From Spirochaetota bacterium (GTDB lineage: Bacteria > Spirochaetota > UBA4802 > JAFGDQ01): a stretch of 64,000 bases of DNA. Numbering within the stretch: the stretch's first letter is position 1; every line of letters starts with the position of its first letter. The DNA is taken from NCBI GenBank assembly GCA_043803405.1, contig JAZDKB010000004.1, positions 32,001 through 96,000 on the forward strand. The letters run 5' to 3'. The notes below the pieces were generated by a model. It had not been told where the DNA came from. It did not search any database and saw nothing but the letters and a program-made list of their open reading frames with translations. The position numbers and the translations under genes were made by a program. Positions 62,577-64,000 of the stretch are shown in pieces.

Positions 62577-62744
62577 ATATAACAATATACTTATATAGTA
62601 ATATAATTTTTGTCAAGTATAAATAATATTTGTATTAATATTCCATATCTCCACATTTTCTGTCCGGTCAGGTTTTTTAATAAGAACGAGTTTGTATACC
62701 GATAATATTAATATACAGGATTACACTATTATACAGGAGTTAAT

Positions 62745-62885
62745 ATGAAAGAACATAAAATGAAATCGTATTTATATAAATGCAAATGCGGGTATACTCT
62801 AAATGTTTTTGTTGACTATGGGATTCCGCAGGAATTTGTAAAATGCAGAAAGTGCGTTACTGAAATCAAACGGGAAGAGAATTAA
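62745..62885 (+). CDS. Small zinc-ribbon protein, 46 aa
   Basis: Not in the ORF track. AGGAG RBS; MKEHKMKSYLYKCKCGYTLNVFVDYGIPQEFVKCRKCVTEIKREEN. Confidence 0.65.
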   Translation: MKEHKMKSYLYKCKCGYTLNVFVDYGIPQEFVKCRKCVTEIKREEN

Positions 62886-63135
62886 TAACTATAATAAATT
62901 GCATCCGTGACATTTATCACATAATCTGTAATTAAAATTTGTCTTTCAGCACCAAATTGCTCAGTGAATATAATTTCAATATATATTTTTAACAATTACT
63001 GGTCATAGGACTATAAGCCTGAGCTGCCCCCGGTAGACAATACATTAAATTCTGCTTTCTTTTTAAACGGGTGATAAATTATAATGTGCTGTTGTTTATT
63101 ATAACAGAAAAAAATACAGTTACAGGAAGTATTTT

Positions 63136-64000
63136 ATGGAAATTGAATTTGTAGGCGGTGCAAGGACTGTTACGGGATCATCTTATATCCTTAAGGATAA
63201 AGATTTCCAGATTATGATCGATTGCGGGATGTTCCAGGGAAGAAGCCAGATAAGGGAAAGGAATTTAATCCAGCTTATATATGCCCCGGCACAAATAAAT
63301 ACTCTGCTATTGACCCACGCGCATATTGATCACAGCGGGCTTATTCCAAAACTTGTTAAAGAAGGGTTTACCGGTAAAATCTTTGCTACGCGTGCTACAT
63401 CTGACCTTTGCACTGTAATGCTTCCGGACAGCGCTCATATACAGGAAATGGAGATGGAATGGGTCAACAGAAAAAATAAAAGACTGGGACTGCCTATCCA
63501 GGATCCGATATACACGGTTGAAGACGCGGAGAACTCAGTAAAAAATTTTATTCCGGTTGAATACGGAAATAAAGTGAGAATTAATTCCCGCATTGAAGCA
63601 AGATACAGAGACGCCGGACATATTCTCGGATCATCCATGATTGAATTATGGGTTGATGGGGAAAATGGTAAAACCAAAATTGTATTTTCAGGTGACCTGG
63701 GGAAAAAGGATCAGGCTTTTATAAGAAATCCTGATATTATAGAAGATGCGGATATCCTTTTAATAGAATCGACTTATGGAAACAGGCTTCATAAGCAGAA
63801 AGAAGATACTCTTGAGGAGTTTAAAAATATTATTTTAAATTCATACAACAAAAAAGGTAATATTATTATACCTGCGTTCGCAATTGAAAGGACACAGGAA
63901 ATAATTATTGAGCTGTCAAAGCTTTTTAAAGAAAAGTTGATTCCTGAGATTCCTGTTTATGTCGATTCACCGCTCGCAATAAGAGCTACCGAAATATTCA
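63136..64000 (+). CDS. MBL-fold beta-CASP metallo-hydrolase (putative RNase), truncated at the window end
   Basis: Read from sequence: GGARTVTGS, DCGMFQG, THAHIDHSG, AGHILGS, FSGDLG, ESTYG. Confidence 0.92.
   Translation, partial: MEIEFVGGARTVTGSSYILKDKDFQIMIDCGMFQGRSQIRERNLIQLIYAPAQINTLLLTHAHIDHSGLIPKLVKEGFTGKIFATRATSDLCTVMLPDSAHIQEMEMEWVNRKNKRLGLPIQDPIYTVEDAENSVKNFIPVEYGNKVRINSRIEARYRDAGHILGSSMIELWVDGENGKTKIVFSGDLGKKDQAFIRNPDIIEDADILLIESTYGNRLHKQKEDTLEEFKNIILNSYNKKGNIIIPAFAIERTQEIIIELSKLFKEKLIPEIPVYVDSPLAIRATEIF

Noticed and set aside
63000..63075. Possible structured RNA upstream of the beta-CASP gene
   Set aside because: Short GC patch without a convincing fold or riboswitch consensus

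Overview
AT-rich bacterial chromosomal window from a diderm anaerobe, most likely a spirochaete. This is inferred from lpxK/lptG, cheX, spirochaete-style lipoboxes, a DUF6675-like protein and split coaC/coaB. The left half is mostly housekeeping: a core (MesB-like) methionine synthase, tsf-pyrH-frr-uppS-cdsA-dxr-rseP with no rpsB upstream, type III glutamine synthetase, mutL-coaC-coaB, a sirtuin, fhs, hisI-hisG, an HD-GYP regulator, lptG and lpxK. About 36.5-56.4 kb is a mosaic accessory region of secreted and outer-membrane hydrolases and unknown beta-barrel proteins, followed by pgk, tatC, sahR-ahcY and a truncated beta-CASP gene. The main finding is missing from the ORF track. At 51.2-52.2 kb an ArsR regulator precedes two genes with in-frame UGA codons: a HesB-like selenoprotein and a 47-aa single-pass membrane peptide with a U-x4-C motif. 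Each UGA is followed by a hairpin sharing the core CUC-(A/U)GGAU-GAG, a candidate SECIS. Also notable are a catalytically dead 5'-nucleotidase fused to a beta-barrel, an ankyrin-OMPLA fusion, tandem paralogous barrel proteins and several families of short inverted-repeat (MITE/REP-like) elements. No rRNA, tRNA, CRISPR array or transposase was seen. Family calls come from motif recognition, not database searches.
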